A stretch of 44,756 bases of DNA from Octopus bimaculoides (taxonomy: Eukaryota). Under the pieces are notes generated by a model. It was not told the DNA's origin. It did no database searches and worked only from the letters and a program-made list of their open reading frames with translations. Below are positions 12,489 to 23,829 of the stretch, in pieces (position 1 is the stretch's first letter; each line of letters begins with the position of its first letter). The translations under genes and the position numbers were made by a program. Where the stretch lies: NCBI RefSeq assembly GCF_001194135.2, contig NC_069005.1, forward strand, positions 20,608,590-20,653,345, written 5' to 3'.

Positions 12489-13154
12489 TATGAAGGAGAG
12501 TCAAAAGTTATACGTTTTTACATTGTTTTTACAATGTATTTACACAAAAGCAGGGGATGAACAAGTACATCGTTTTTCTATATAGTCTCCTTTCTTTTCA
12601 ATGCACTTGGTCCAGTGGTCCACAAGCTTGCCTATTGTCTCCAAAAAGAATATTTTTGATTGGTCATGCAACCATTTATGCACTACTTCCTTCACATCTT
12701 CATGTGGAGGAAATCGATGACCTCATAAACCATCTTTGAGTGATCGGAAAAGGCAAGATCTGAGCTGTAGGCAGGATGTTCCAACACCTCAAAACCCAAT
12801 TTGTTAATGGTTTCAATGGTCTAGGCAGCTGTGTGTGGGCATGCATTGTCATGCAACAACAAAACTTTCTTCGACAATAGGCTTCTACGTTTGAGGCAAA
12901 CTGTTGGTTCCAGTTTGTTGGTCAGCAAAGCACTGTATCATGCACGGTTGATCGTAACCCCTTTTCCAGAGAAATCGTATCACTGCTCCTTGTTCTTTGG
13001 TGCACATTGCCAGAAAGAAAAATGACACGATCAGGTTCAAATTTCGATCACGTGACCACAATAGTACCAACTACAAGGACGCATGCGCAGAAGACAATGT
13101 GACAATAAAGATATGTCAGGGCGAAAGCGTGTAAAATTTTTGACTTCCCTTGTA
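12489..13154 (-). mobile_element. Internally deleted mariner with both TIRs
   Basis: Imperfect TIRs TATGAAGGAGAGTCAAAAGTTATACG versus reverse complement of the right end TACAAGGGAAGTCAAAAATTTTACACG, TA-flanked; minus strand encodes EVLEHPAYSSDLA...KLVDHWTKCIEKKGDYIEK. Confidence 0.8.
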
Positions 13155-13164
13155 TATATATATA

Positions 13165-13300
13165 CGACGGGCTTCTTTCAGTTTTTGTCTACCAAATCCA
13201 CTCACAAGACTTTGGTTGGCTCGAGGCTACAGAAGAAAATACTTGCCCAAGGTGCCACTCAGTGAGACTGAATCCGAACCATGTGGTCGGGAAGCAAGCA
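13165..13300 (-). mobile_element. SINE family A, head fragment
   Basis: gacgggcttctttcag...ccaaatccactcacaag...cccaaggtgccac. Confidence 0.75.
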
Positions 13301-13869
13301 CACACACATCCTTTTCTTGTATCTTTTACGATTCGCTATATGTATGCACTGTGTGTGTGTGTGTGATCGGCGATCACCAACATGACAATATAAATAAATA
13401 AATAAATAATACATTTCCCCATAAACTGCCAAGAACGTCGATGAATCCAGCTGACAAAATTTCTGCAGTTATAAGACTTATGAAAGATTTTTTTTCCCCC
13501 CAGCAATTTCGAATGTGAATGGGAGCGATCAGTTAGCTTGTTAGCATTCGCTCGCCCCTCACTTTCTAACTGTTGATGATATTAACTGAATGCTACCTAC
13601 TAAAATGTAAACGTTTGTTTGGCCATCAACTCTTTCTCTCCCTCGCAGTACTTAATCTCATAGCTACGGATATGAATCAATATATGTATAGTTTGTGCAT
13701 TAGGTTGCTTCCAATAAAAAGAGAAAAAAAACCGATATTTCTCACAATTCCATTCTCCTTCGTCAGAAATGCATGAACATTACAAAACCACCACAACTCC
13801 TTTACCTGCTTTAATAGCTTATTTCAGAAACTATTTTACTTGCATTAATAAAATGTAAAAAAATTAAGT

Positions 13870-13942
13870 AGGTTCCGGCGAGGTTCGAACTCGCGGCCTT
13901 CTGCGTGTAAAGCAGACGTGATAACCACTACACCACGAAACC
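13870..13942 (-). tRNA. tRNA-Val-TAC: tRNA-Val (anticodon TAC)
   Basis: 73-nt cloverleaf: acceptor GGTTTCG/CGGAACC, anticodon arm TCTGC-TT-TAC-AC-GCAGA, T arm GCGAG-TTCGAAC-CTCGC; followed by an oligo-T Pol III terminator a few nt downstream. Confidence 0.93.
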
Positions 13943-14426
13943 TCTCAACGGAAAAGCGTCTAGATTTAACGATTATAAAATATAAGCAGTAGTGTTGCCA
14001 TTATAGGAACTCTAGAGTTTTTTCCCTTATATCTATCTATGAAAATATATTAATGTTGCTTTTTACGCTAGAACCTCGACCTTTGATGGAGTTTTATGAG
14101 CACCATCGTGATATTCAGCGATTTAAACTTGATGGAATTCACCTGTCTCCAGATCTGAACACATCCAAGTATTCCAGGATAGAATATGGACAGCTGGAAT
14201 AAGTATTGGTCAATGATCTAAAGACTCATCTCACCGTTGTAAATTTTAATGAAGGCGCATCATTGAAAAGCTAAGAATATAATTAAAGTGTGAAGGAAGG
14301 GAAAAAAAAAAAAAAAAAAACAACAGCAACATTAGTTATAACATACTTATTTCAAGTACAGAGGGCAATTCCAGCCATGTTTTGGTCTTCTAAGACCATC
14401 TTTGCATAAACCCTAAAGTACTTGCC

Positions 14427-14722
14427 GGTAATATTCAAGAAGAGTGGTCCCGGTGCGCGCACTCGCACACTCGCGCAAGCTAGTCGTGACTAGTCGATCC
14501 TACGACTACCTAGCGCGAGTGCGCATTATGCGCATAAATAGTTGTGACACCAAATACACCCTGGAAGAACGTAAAACGACGTTTTAAGAGTAAGATGGGG
14601 AAGATTCAAACAAAAAAATATTATTTTGTGTTTTATTTACTTTGTTTAGGATCGACTAGTCACGACTAGCTATCGCGGATGCGCGAGTGTGCGCACCTGG
14701 ACCACTCTTCTTGAATAATACC
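14427..14722. mobile_element. 296-bp Merlin-type MITE
   Basis: About 70-bp imperfect TIRs starting GGTA...TACC; 9-bp TSD with one mismatch (GTACTTGCC 14418-14426, GTAATTGCC 14723-14731). GG-initiated TIRs and 8-9 bp TSDs are Merlin hallmarks. Confidence 0.75.
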
Positions 14723-14886
14723 GTAATTGCCGTTGGCGGAATTCTAGTTTAAGCATCCCATATAATTCCTTATAACTTTTATTATTATTCTTTAGAATTT
14801 TCGGAACAATTTTGCGAATTTGTGTTCTACACACGATAATTCGTTTTTTTTTGGGGGGGGGGGCTATTGTGCAAATGTTTGATAAG

Positions 14887-15035
14887 TAGGCGCAGGAGTG
14901 GCTGTGTGGTAAGTAGCTCGCTTTCCAACCACATTGTTCCGGGTTCAGTCCTACTGCGTGGCACCTTGGGCAAGTGTCTTCTACTATAGCCTCGGGCCGA
15001 CCAAAGCCTTGTGAGTGGATTTGGTGGATGGATTA
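14887..15035 (+). mobile_element. SINE family A, 5' head
   Basis: ggcgcaggagtggctgtgtggtaag...ggttcagtcctactgcgtggcaccttgggcaag. Confidence 0.8.
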
Positions 15036-15171
15036 AATTATTTTGCCTTGAGAATTAATTAAGAAATAACGAAACTCATTTCATTTACCAGACAATTATA
15101 ACTATTGGAATAAAATCATTGTCTGATGAATGCTGAAATTGACTTCTTAAATGTCCTTATTAGACATTTAT

Positions 15172-15580
15172 GAGGCGGCGGTCTGGCACAACTGTTAGCC
15201 CGCCGGGAAGAATGCTTAGCAGCATTTCGTCTGTCATTATTTTGTGAGTTCAAATTCAACAGAGGACGATGAAATAAGTCTCAGTTGAGCACTGGTGTTG
15301 ATGTAATCGACTTCCCCAGCTCACAGAATTGCTGGCCTTGCGCCAAAATAAGAAAGGATTATTACACATTTCTAAGGCAGAGTCGTTAGCACACTGAACA
15401 AAGTGCTTAGCAGTATTTCGTCCGTCTTTGTTCTGAGTTCAAATTCCACCGTGGTCGACTTTGTCTTTCATCATTTCGATGAAATGAGTACCAGTCAAGA
15501 ACAGGGATCGACGAAATCGACAAGCCCTTTCCCCCCAAAATTTCAGGTCTTATACCTATAGCAGAAAGAATTATGACTCA
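15172..15580 (+). mobile_element. Two tandem degenerate copies of a second SINE family (B)
   Basis: Repeated gttagcac/ccg...aatgcttagc.gcatttcgtc...gagttcaaatt motif at about 15172 and 15374; third copy reversed at about 15990-16110. Confidence 0.6.
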
Positions 15581-15739
15581 TCTCTTTTTAATTGTTGTAG
15601 TCAAATTTTTAAAAATTTATTACGTTCTCACCGTAAAATAATAATAATAATAATAATAATTTTTATGATAATGATAATGTTAATCTCTGTTCACAGAAAG
15701 AGCATTGAGCAATGAGAGTTCTTCAAGTGGAATGATTCT

Positions 15740-16390
15740 TAGTGAAAACTGAAACTGCATCATTCTTCCCAGGTGATACCCATCTCAGTCAAGTCTTCCT
15801 GCTTCCCCCACACTCCTTTGCCATGTCTCCACTGACCTGCATCTCTTTCTCCTTTAACTGTCCTCTCAACAGCTGTCTTTGCTTCTTGCTCCAACAGTAA
15901 ACACAATACATGGCGAAGTAGCTTCCTTCGTTTAGGAGTGGTGAAAGGTACCACAATGGAATTAGAACTCAAAATAAAGACGGACGAAACACTGCTAAGC
16001 ATTTCGTCCGTTGTGCTAACGATTCTGCCTTAGAAATGTAATAATCCTTATTTTGGCACAAGGGTTGGAGAAGTCAGTTACATCAACACCAGTGCTCAAC
16101 TGGGACTTAGACCAACTCTTCTCATGGTTTCATCATTTGTGATGTGGTCATGCCAGGTGATCTTCACAATATTTCAAGTCACTGGTAATGAAAAACATTC
16201 ACCGTATTGCAAATCTCATCCGTCTGCCTTTGTATTTCTCTTACACACAATGAAGTAGGAATAACAATAAATATGTATCAACGAAGTTTAATTCCATGGT
16301 GAGTGGAAGTACATAATGGTTCCAATCATTGGAAGACTACGATCGCTTGGCCAAGTCTGGTCTTGACATAAATTTCTGCTTTTTTAATTC
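15740..16390 (-). mobile_element. Degenerate RTE-LINE RT C-terminus, interrupted by a SINE-B copy
   Basis: Minus-strand ...LKYCEDHLA/ITWHDHITNDE-like segment (16110-16250) and ERTVKG...EDLTEMGITWEE (15760-15900), typical of RTE C-termini. Confidence 0.5.
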
Positions 16391-16434
16391 TATCAATGTT
16401 ACTGCCTTTATTATTATTATTATTATTATTATTA

Positions 16435-16545
16435 TTTAAGCCTGATACTTATTCTCTTGGTCCCTTTCGCCAAATAGCTAAGTTACGGGGACGTAAACCA
16501 ACAGTAGTTGTTGCGCGGTGGTAAGGGACAAACACAGACACAATA
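16435..16545 (-). mobile_element. SINE family A, fragment
   Basis: cctgatacttattctc...ctaagttacggggacgtaaac. Confidence 0.65.
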
Positions 16546-16889
16546 CTGAAAATCTTTGGTAAATACAGTATTTGGCAATCTTTTTTTGTATGCTGTTCTT
16601 AATGAGATGAATAATGATAGCTGAATAAAATCTGTTATTTAAGCTACCTTTCTCTTTGTCAATTCATTTTGGTGCATATTTCACTGCCCCATGTCGTTTT
16701 TACTACTGCATCTTCTACATACTTTTATTTAATAAGGTATAATTCCTTATATCAAACCTCAACATTTGACAGGATACACACACTGCTTGAGTCGTCTAAG
16801 AGACCATAAGTCGGGGAGAAGATGCACTCGTATAACTGTTAGTGGAATGGGTTTATTGTCTGAATTTTATAGTGTTAAATGTCCATTAC

Positions 16890-16980
16890 GGCTGGTCTTA
16901 CCAATCGGTTTCGCGTGAAATTATATAATGGATGTTAGGCAACAAACCAGTTATATAATATATGCTCATCAGAGATAGCC
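16890..16980 (-). ncRNA. Type-I hammerhead ribozyme motif
   Basis: Minus strand: GGCTATCT-CUGAUGA-GC...GC-GAAA-CCGATTGG-UA-AGACCAGCC; helix I imperfect, helix III near-palindromic. Confidence 0.65.
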
Positions 16981-17065
16981 TTTTCCTTTTCCATGCCGGC
17001 TATTTCTGATAAGTCTATATTATATAACTGGTTTGTTACCTGACACTCCACTATATAATTTCACG
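16914..17065. repeat. Fold-back inverted repeat, about 67-bp arms and 17-nt spacer
   Basis: 16914-16980 is the reverse complement of 16998-17065 with scattered mismatches. Confidence 0.9.
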
Positions 17066-17596
17066 ATCTTCGAACGTTGGGTCTCACGAAGGCATTGACT
17101 AAGGTTCGAGACCTTTGGCGATATGCCGTGCTTGAGAAGACCCACCAAGCCAAGTGAAATCATAGTTGTGGCTGTTGTCGGTATCATATAACTGGCACAT
17201 CGTGCAGGTAGTACGCAAAAAGTACCTTTCGAGTGTTGGGCCTCACGGAGGCAGTCTGGCCGATGCCGGTGTCGCATAACTAGCACACGTGTCAGTGACA
17301 CGTAAAAAGCATCTTTCGAGAGCTGGGCCTTACGGGGGCAATGAAAAATGAGCGAGACCTTTGGCGATATACTGTGCTTGAGAAGACTCGTCAAACCAAG
17401 TGAAATCGTAGTCGTAGCAGATACTGGTGTCACGCAACTAGCACCCTTGCCGGTGGCACATAAAAGCACCCATTATACTATCGGAGTGGTTGGCGTTAGG
17501 AAAGACATCCAGACGTCGAAACTATGCCAAATCAGACCGGAGTTAGGGGCAGCCCCTCATTTTACCAACCCTGGTCAAACCATCTAACCCATGCCA
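17066..17596 (+). mobile_element. RTE-LINE 3' UTR with internally duplicated modules
   Basis: Ends in the same ggcgttaggaa...catctaacccatgccag block as 22500-22620; module cgagacctttggcgata...gcttgagaagac...ccaagtgaaatc occurs twice about 245 bp apart. Confidence 0.65.
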
Positions 17597-17910
17597 GTTT
17601 TAGTTCTGAGTTTAACGTCTAATATTTTTAGTTTAAACATCGTTTAGATAAGTATTACTTCTATCTTTATTAATTTAACCTAAAACTTCGTCTAAATTGT
17701 ATTTTAAGCGAAAGATTCGTTAAGATTAATTTTGCATATATTTCTGTTAGTTTATATTATAATAAGCGTGAAGTTAATTATGGCAGGTTTATAATTTTTG
17801 ATATTTTTAATAATATTTTTCTATCTTAATATAATAAGTATTTTTATATACATTCATTTGTTATTTATTGTTGGTTGATATATACATTCTTTTATTATTA
17901 TTGTTGTATT

Positions 17911-18020
17911 TTGACCTGAAGATTAGCTATATTTTTTAATATAGCTTTAATCGTTTTAATCGATTTGAATATTTTTTTATTTTCTATTTGAAAATTTGGT
18001 TATGAAACACGTGTAGTTGT
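17911..18020 (+). ncRNA. Degenerate type-I hammerhead ribozyme motif
   Basis: CUGAAGA (17916-17922)...GAAA (18004-18007)-CACGTG-UA-GTTGT; weak helix I; long helix II region. Confidence 0.5.
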
Positions 18021-18299
18021 TTTATTATCATTATCTTATGATATTTACTTTGTATTATATTATACTTATTTATCATGCATTTACTTATTAATTTTTCTAT
18101 ATGTGACTGTCGATTTTCATGGATAATTTCATGAACTTTGGTTCTTTTCTCTAAAACTAAATATTCATTTTATACTGTGAAACTTAATTTAATTAATAAA
18201 TTGAATTTGAGTTTTTACCTGTAAATTTGGATTTTTATCATTATATATATATAATTGGTAAATGGATATGTAAGTAAACAGATAAGTAGATAGGTACAT

Positions 18300-18575
18300 A
18301 GGTAATAAGGACAAACAAGCACACACACAAGGAGATGGAAACACGAGTATATACACACACACAAGGACACATATGGAAGCACACATCCATACATAGTTAC
18401 ACAAACCCATACACATAGACACACTTAAACACGTAAATACAAGGAGACAGAGGTATACACACAAATACACATATACAAACATGAATATGCAGAATACATA
18501 AATACAAACGTACACACACGCATAAATGCAGATATACATATGCGTATACACATGTACACTGACGCACAAACAAAC
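18300..18575. repeat. CA/TA-rich low-complexity tract
   Basis: Degenerate microsatellite mosaic. Confidence 0.7.
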
Positions 18576-18689
18576 AATAAGAACGTAGCTCCAATAACGG
18601 ACAGTCAACAACTATTAAAGAGGAGATGCAACGAAAATTTTAGAAAAAATGAGTGGAAATTGAATCGGTGAGTATGTTAGTTAATAAGG

Positions 18690-18960
18690 CATTGCTACAT
18701 GTTTTGGGGACACGGCAAGCCAACGGTTGTTCTGCGTGTTCACCATCTGATCCTAGCAGAAAATTTTTCTCGTCTGAGTAAAACCAAAGCATGTTCAGTT
18801 GGAGGAGGATGCTTGAGTTTGTTCAAAAGCTTTATAGCGTGGTCTTTCCTCTTGTCCTTGATGGCTTGGTATAAAAATTAGCTCTTCCTCATCTTGTATG
18901 AGGCATACCGAATTTCTTCTTGCACTATTTGCCTAAGAAACTCGAGTGTGTCAGGTTTAC
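18690..18960 (-). mobile_element. DD37D/maT transposase fragment around the first catalytic Asp
   Basis: Minus strand KDKRKDHAIKLLNKLKHP...WFYSDEK...DQMVNTQNNRWLAVSPK. Confidence 0.75.
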
Positions 18961-19249
18961 ATAATGGATACATTTCCTATCATATATTAAGCAAACCTGG
19001 AATGTATCAAATGATTTCAAAATATTATTTGGTTTAACTTCATTATTACAACTGTGTGTGTGTGTGTGTGTAGGAGATTATAATCTAAGCTGTGTCCTCA
19101 TGCACATTCCAGTAATCAAAAGTATGTATTTAGATGCTTTATTTTAAAATTCTAAATGAGGTATACATACAAGTTAAGTTCTGATGAATCATATTGCAGA
19201 GTAAGTATACAGCAAAACAAAAACTAGAAAATTTGGTATATATTTTTAA

Positions 19250-21004
19250 CTAGCAGAGATACCCGGCATTGCTCGGGATTAAAATGGCATAATTTGTATA
19301 TATATTAGTTATGTTGAAACAGGTGATACGGGAAAGTGCAACACTGAAGACAAATCATTTGAGGAGTAAATGGTAGGCTAATTCGACTAAGCGACATGTC
19401 ATGTGTCCGTTTGGAGGATTCCAAGCCCTAACCTGTCATGGAAAATTCGGGGTCGTGGTTATGTGATTTTTGAACGCACCGAAAAGCTGTCAGTGGATAT
19501 CTCCTTTGCTGCGTCTAACACGACTCATAGTCTGAAGTTTTGACACCTCCTTTGGGTTTGTATGACAATGATAACAACTGAACTACACGGAATGATTTGC
19601 GAAACATCAAGTGGGCTTTTGGTAATGATTCTGTTGACATTAGAACTGATCAGAGATGGTTCCAAAGATTGTGTTCAGGAAATGAACCAAGAGGGAAACC
19701 AAAATCAGTTATTCGGCATAACGAATTGAATGTTTTGGTTAAACGAAATCTGAGAACAATGGTCCGAAAAATCAGATCAGAGCTCCAGCTATCTCCCACA
19801 ACTGCTTCTCGACACTTGAAGAAAATTGGAAAAGTCAAAAAGATGGATAGGTTTGTTCCCAATCAACTTAATGAAATTCAAAGAAACAGATGCCTTACAG
19901 TCTGTTCCATGTTGATTTCTCGGTTGGAAAGAGAACCATTTTTGTATCAATGATGAGAAATGGATACTCTTTGATAACAGGACAGTGGTTAGATGCAGGA
20001 CCCAAAACCACCATTGCACCCTAAAAAGTTAATGGACACTGTATGGCGATCAACAAAGGGGGTTATTCATTATTCAGTTTTGCAACAAAGAAAAACTGTA
20101 ACAGCAACATCCTATTGTCAGGAAATTTATTGTATGCATGAAAAATTAAAAAGCAAGCAACCTAGATTAGTGAATAGAGATGGTCTGATTTTGTTTCATG
20201 ATAATGCATGGCCTCACATTTCTCAAGCTACGGTCCACAAGTTGCAAAGCCTGAATTATGAAATTTTGGCACATCCTCCTTATTCTCCTACTGATTCTCA
20301 CATATTTAAACACTTCGAATGCTTCAATTACCTCTTCTTTATTTAAGAATGTTTTATTGGGTATAGCAAGCTCGAACAGTTTATAAGTGTAAAAGATGAT
20401 AAATTCTTTGAAGATGGAATATATGCCTTAGAGGAACAGTGGATGAAGATCATAAATGAACAAGGATCATATTTTGATTAAATAAATAAATATTCTAAAA
20501 TTAAAAAACAATTTTAATGTTTCCTTTTTCAAATGCAACATCTCATGTGAGACAATCCAATATTTTTATATACCTTGGACCTGCCACTTCATTGTTTTTT
20601 GTCAAGAGTTTCACCTCCAGCAGTTCGTTATGTCAGTCAATACACATACAGACACACCATTCCACTGTCATGGCCGCAAAGACGGAAAGTTGCCGATGCG
20701 TAATGTTGTTCACATTAGGATATAAATTATTCATTTATTTCAAATATAGAAATAAGATGATCTTAATGTTATCACATTAGAATTAAAAGTGAAATAACAA
20801 TATCTTTTGACATGTAATACCAAACCAGAGTAAAAGGTTGCTCTGGGTCTGCATTAGGCAAGAAGTTGGAAATTTTTTGGGCCTATGACACTCCATGAAC
20901 CCTAAGTAATGCATGTGTAAAATTTGAATGGAATCAGCTGGGTACTTCCTAAGTTTTAGGGACTCATACATACAAACACACATTCTCAGTTTTATATAGA
21001 GAGA
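19250..21004 (-). mobile_element. Non-autonomous Helitron termini (possibly one element carrying a mariner)
   Basis: Minus-strand 5' end A|TCTCTCTATATAAAACTGAGAATGTGTG at 21004; 3' end CCCGAGCAATGCCGGG hairpin then CTAG|T at 19250; A/T insertion site without TSD. The two ends could belong to different copies. Confidence 0.6.
19520..20562 (+). mobile_element. Degenerate mariner (DD34D) transposase
   Basis: QRWFQRLCSGNEPRGKP...RHLKKIGKVKKMDRFVPNQL; DEKWILFDN; PPLHPKKLMDTVW...LFHDNAWPH...HPPYSPTDSH; ends ...gacaatccaaTA. Confidence 0.85.
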
Positions 21005-21171
21005 TTCTAACTCAGACCTACCCTGTAAATGGATAGTGACCCATTCATCTCGCCTTTCCCAGTTTGGCAAACACAGCACATGAATCTTCTATGAATGCTA
21101 TCTTTAATCACCGTTCGAGTTTTTCCATATCCAGTTGGTTCACTTTGTTCATTTTGAGGTACAGCACCAAC

Positions 21172-21526
21172 GTGGAGGCGCAATGGCCCAGTGGTTTGGG
21201 CAGCGGACTCACGGTTTCGATTCCCAGACCGGGCATTGTGAGTGCTTATTGAGCGAAAACACCTAAAGCTCCACGAGGCTCCAGCAGGGGATGGTGGCGA
21301 ACCCTGCTGTACTCCTTCCCCACAACTTACTCTTACTTCCTGTTTCTGTTGTGCCTGTAATTCAAAGGGTTAGCCTTGTCACACTGAATATCCCCGAGAA
21401 CTACGTTAAGGGTACACGTGTCTGTGGAGTGCTCAGCCACTTGCACGTTAATTTCACGAGCAGGCTGTTCCGTTGATCGGATCAACTGGAACCTTCGACG
21501 TCGTAAGTGACGGAGTGCCAACAACA
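21172..21526 (+). mobile_element. tRNA-derived SINE family C, full length
   Basis: Head ggaggcgcaatggcccagtggtt...ggtttcgattccc (A/B boxes); RTE-like tail cgtcgtaagtgacggagtgccaacaac. Confidence 0.75.
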
Positions 21527-21799
21527 CATATCCTTCCAAATCGAGGTAATAACATCTCCTTTGCCACAGAGGGGTTTGATAGCATTGTCACTGATCCTTA
21601 TTTTTGTTGACATACTATAGGGAAAAAAACCCTACCCACGCTAGTCATGCTTCCACTTACATGATCTCCCTTGCTCCGCTCTAACACCCCACGCCTCAGC
21701 TGTTCATGTGACGTCACTGATCCTATAACGTCACACTAACTTTTATTTTATCTGCAAGCCACCATATTTTTATGAGCCATATATATTAACTAAAAAAAC

Positions 21800-22640
21800 C
21801 CCAAAAAACTTACAGACTTTGTCAAATGCCTAGAGATATATTTAGAAATAGTAGATAGCTTCCATTACATAGGTGACAAAGCCAGCAGTGGAGGAAGGTG
21901 CCCCGAGAGCATAGCTGCTAGAATAAGGAAGGGTTGGGCAAAGTTCAGAAAGCTTCTACCTTTGTAACTAGGACCTCTCCCTCAGAGTGAACAGATTGCA
22001 TGATGTTTGTATGAGAACAGCCATGCTACATGGTAGTAAAGCTTGAGCTGTGACTGCAAAGGACATGCAAAACCTTGAAAGTAATAAAGCTGGTATGTTT
22101 TGCTGAATGTGCGAAGTGAGTGTGCACATATGACAGAATATGTCTTGAGAGAAAAACTGCATATAAGAGGCCTCAGATACAGCTTGCAAGAGAGAAGACT
22201 GCGCTGATATGGTATGTGATGTGTCTGGATGAAGACAGCTGCATAAAGCACTGATCTCTAACTATGGAGGGAACCTGCGGAAGAGGTAAATCCAAGATGT
22301 GAGACGAGGTGCTGAAATATGATCTTCAGATGTTGAGTCTCACAGAGGCAATGACAAGAGACTGACACATTGGGGGATTTGCTGTGCTTATGAAAAGACG
22401 TTAAGCTGAAGTGAAATTGTTGTTGTGGCCAGCACCAGTAACATGTCAAAGCACTCATGCCAGTAACACGTAAAAGACATCCAGTACACTCTATAGTGTT
22501 TAGCATTAGGAAGGGCACCCAGCCATAGAAACCAAGTCAAAACAGACTGGAGCCTGGCGCAACTCTCTGGCTTATCAGCTCTAACCAAACCGCCTTACCC
22601 ATGCAAACATGGAAAACATGCTAAATGATGATGATGATAA
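21800..22640 (+). mobile_element. 5'-truncated RTE-LINE: RT C-terminus, 3' UTR, (ATG)n tail
   Basis: LEIVDSFHYIGDKASSGGRCPESIAARIRKGWAKFRKLLPL...; ends catgcaaacatggaaaacatgctaaatgatgatgatga. Confidence 0.8.
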
Positions 22641-22884
22641 AATATATATATATATATTTTAGTAACACAATTCATGAAAAAGGTTAAAGAAACATTAACA
22701 AGGACAAAATGGGTGTAAATATATATATATTTATTTATATTTTATTTTATTTTTACATAATATATACACATATAATACATAATTTTACAAGTGCAAAGGA
22801 TCAGCAGTGTTTCCACTAAAAGGATTCAGAATACCCAAAGAGGTAGCTTTTAGACAAAACTATCCTGTTCTTAGGGTATGTGGA

Positions 22885-22925
<41 letters not shown>

Positions 22926-22999
22926 TAAAAAAGAGAAATAACTTCAATAGAAGATTTGAATGTGTAACATATATTTATGAGTACTTTTTTTTTTACACT

Positions 23000-23370
23000 T
23001 GTTCCAGTCATTAGCCTGCGGCCATGCTGGGGCTTGAAGAATTGTTAGTTGAATAAATTGACTTTTAATTTGAAAGTTGATTCGTTCAACAAAAAATCAA
23101 CACAAGTATTTATTTTTTTTTTGTAAAGCCTGGTACTTACTGTATCAGTCTCTTTTGCTGAACTGCTAAGTTATAGGAAAGTAAATACATCAACATGGTT
23201 CTCAAACACACACACACATATATGACGGGCTTCTTTCAGTTTCCATCTACCAAATCCACTCACAAGTCTTTGGTCAGCCTGAAGCTATAGTAGTGCTCAT
23301 TGTGTCACACAGTGTGACTGAACCCGGAACCATGTAGTTGGGAAGCAAACTTTTTACCACATAACCACAC
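23000..23370 (-). mobile_element. SINE family A
   Basis: Tail-to-head reverse copy. Confidence 0.8.
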
Positions 23371-23481
23371 CTAAAAGTGTGTGAATATATTTATGCAAAT
23401 AGTTGCATCATGGTGGTAGTAGTAGTCATAGCCTTTCAGCACATACACTGTCATGTATGTTCACCTGTATTTTTTATTTTT

Positions 23482-23815
23482 ATTCTTTCACTTGTTTCAG
23501 TCATTAGACTGCGGCCATGCTGGGGCACCAACTTGAATTTTAGTCGAATGAATTGAACCAACTACTTTCTTGTTTCAAAACCTGATACTTATTCTATTTA
23601 TTTCTTTTGCTGCACCGCTAAGTTACAGGGAGGTAAACACACCAATACTGGTTGTCAAGCAGTTGTGGAGGACAAGCATACACGCACTTCTTTCACTTTC
23701 TGTTTACAAATTCCACTCACAAGGCTTTGGTCAGCCTAAGGCTATAGTAGAAGACACTTGTCCTAGGTGCTACACAGTGTGATTGAACCATGAACTATGT
23801 GGTTAGGAAGTAACA
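23482..23815 (-). mobile_element. SINE family A
   Basis: Tail-to-head reverse copy. Confidence 0.8.
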
Positions 23816-23829
23816 ATTTGTGAAGGATT

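Noticed and set aside
15123-15145. CTGATGA-ATGCT-GAAA minimal hammerhead
   Set aside because: No helix I or III pairing
18189-18611. Hydrophobic Cys/Val/Tyr-rich ORFs (also 38885-39237, 1980-2285)
   Set aside because: Translations of microsatellite and low-complexity DNA
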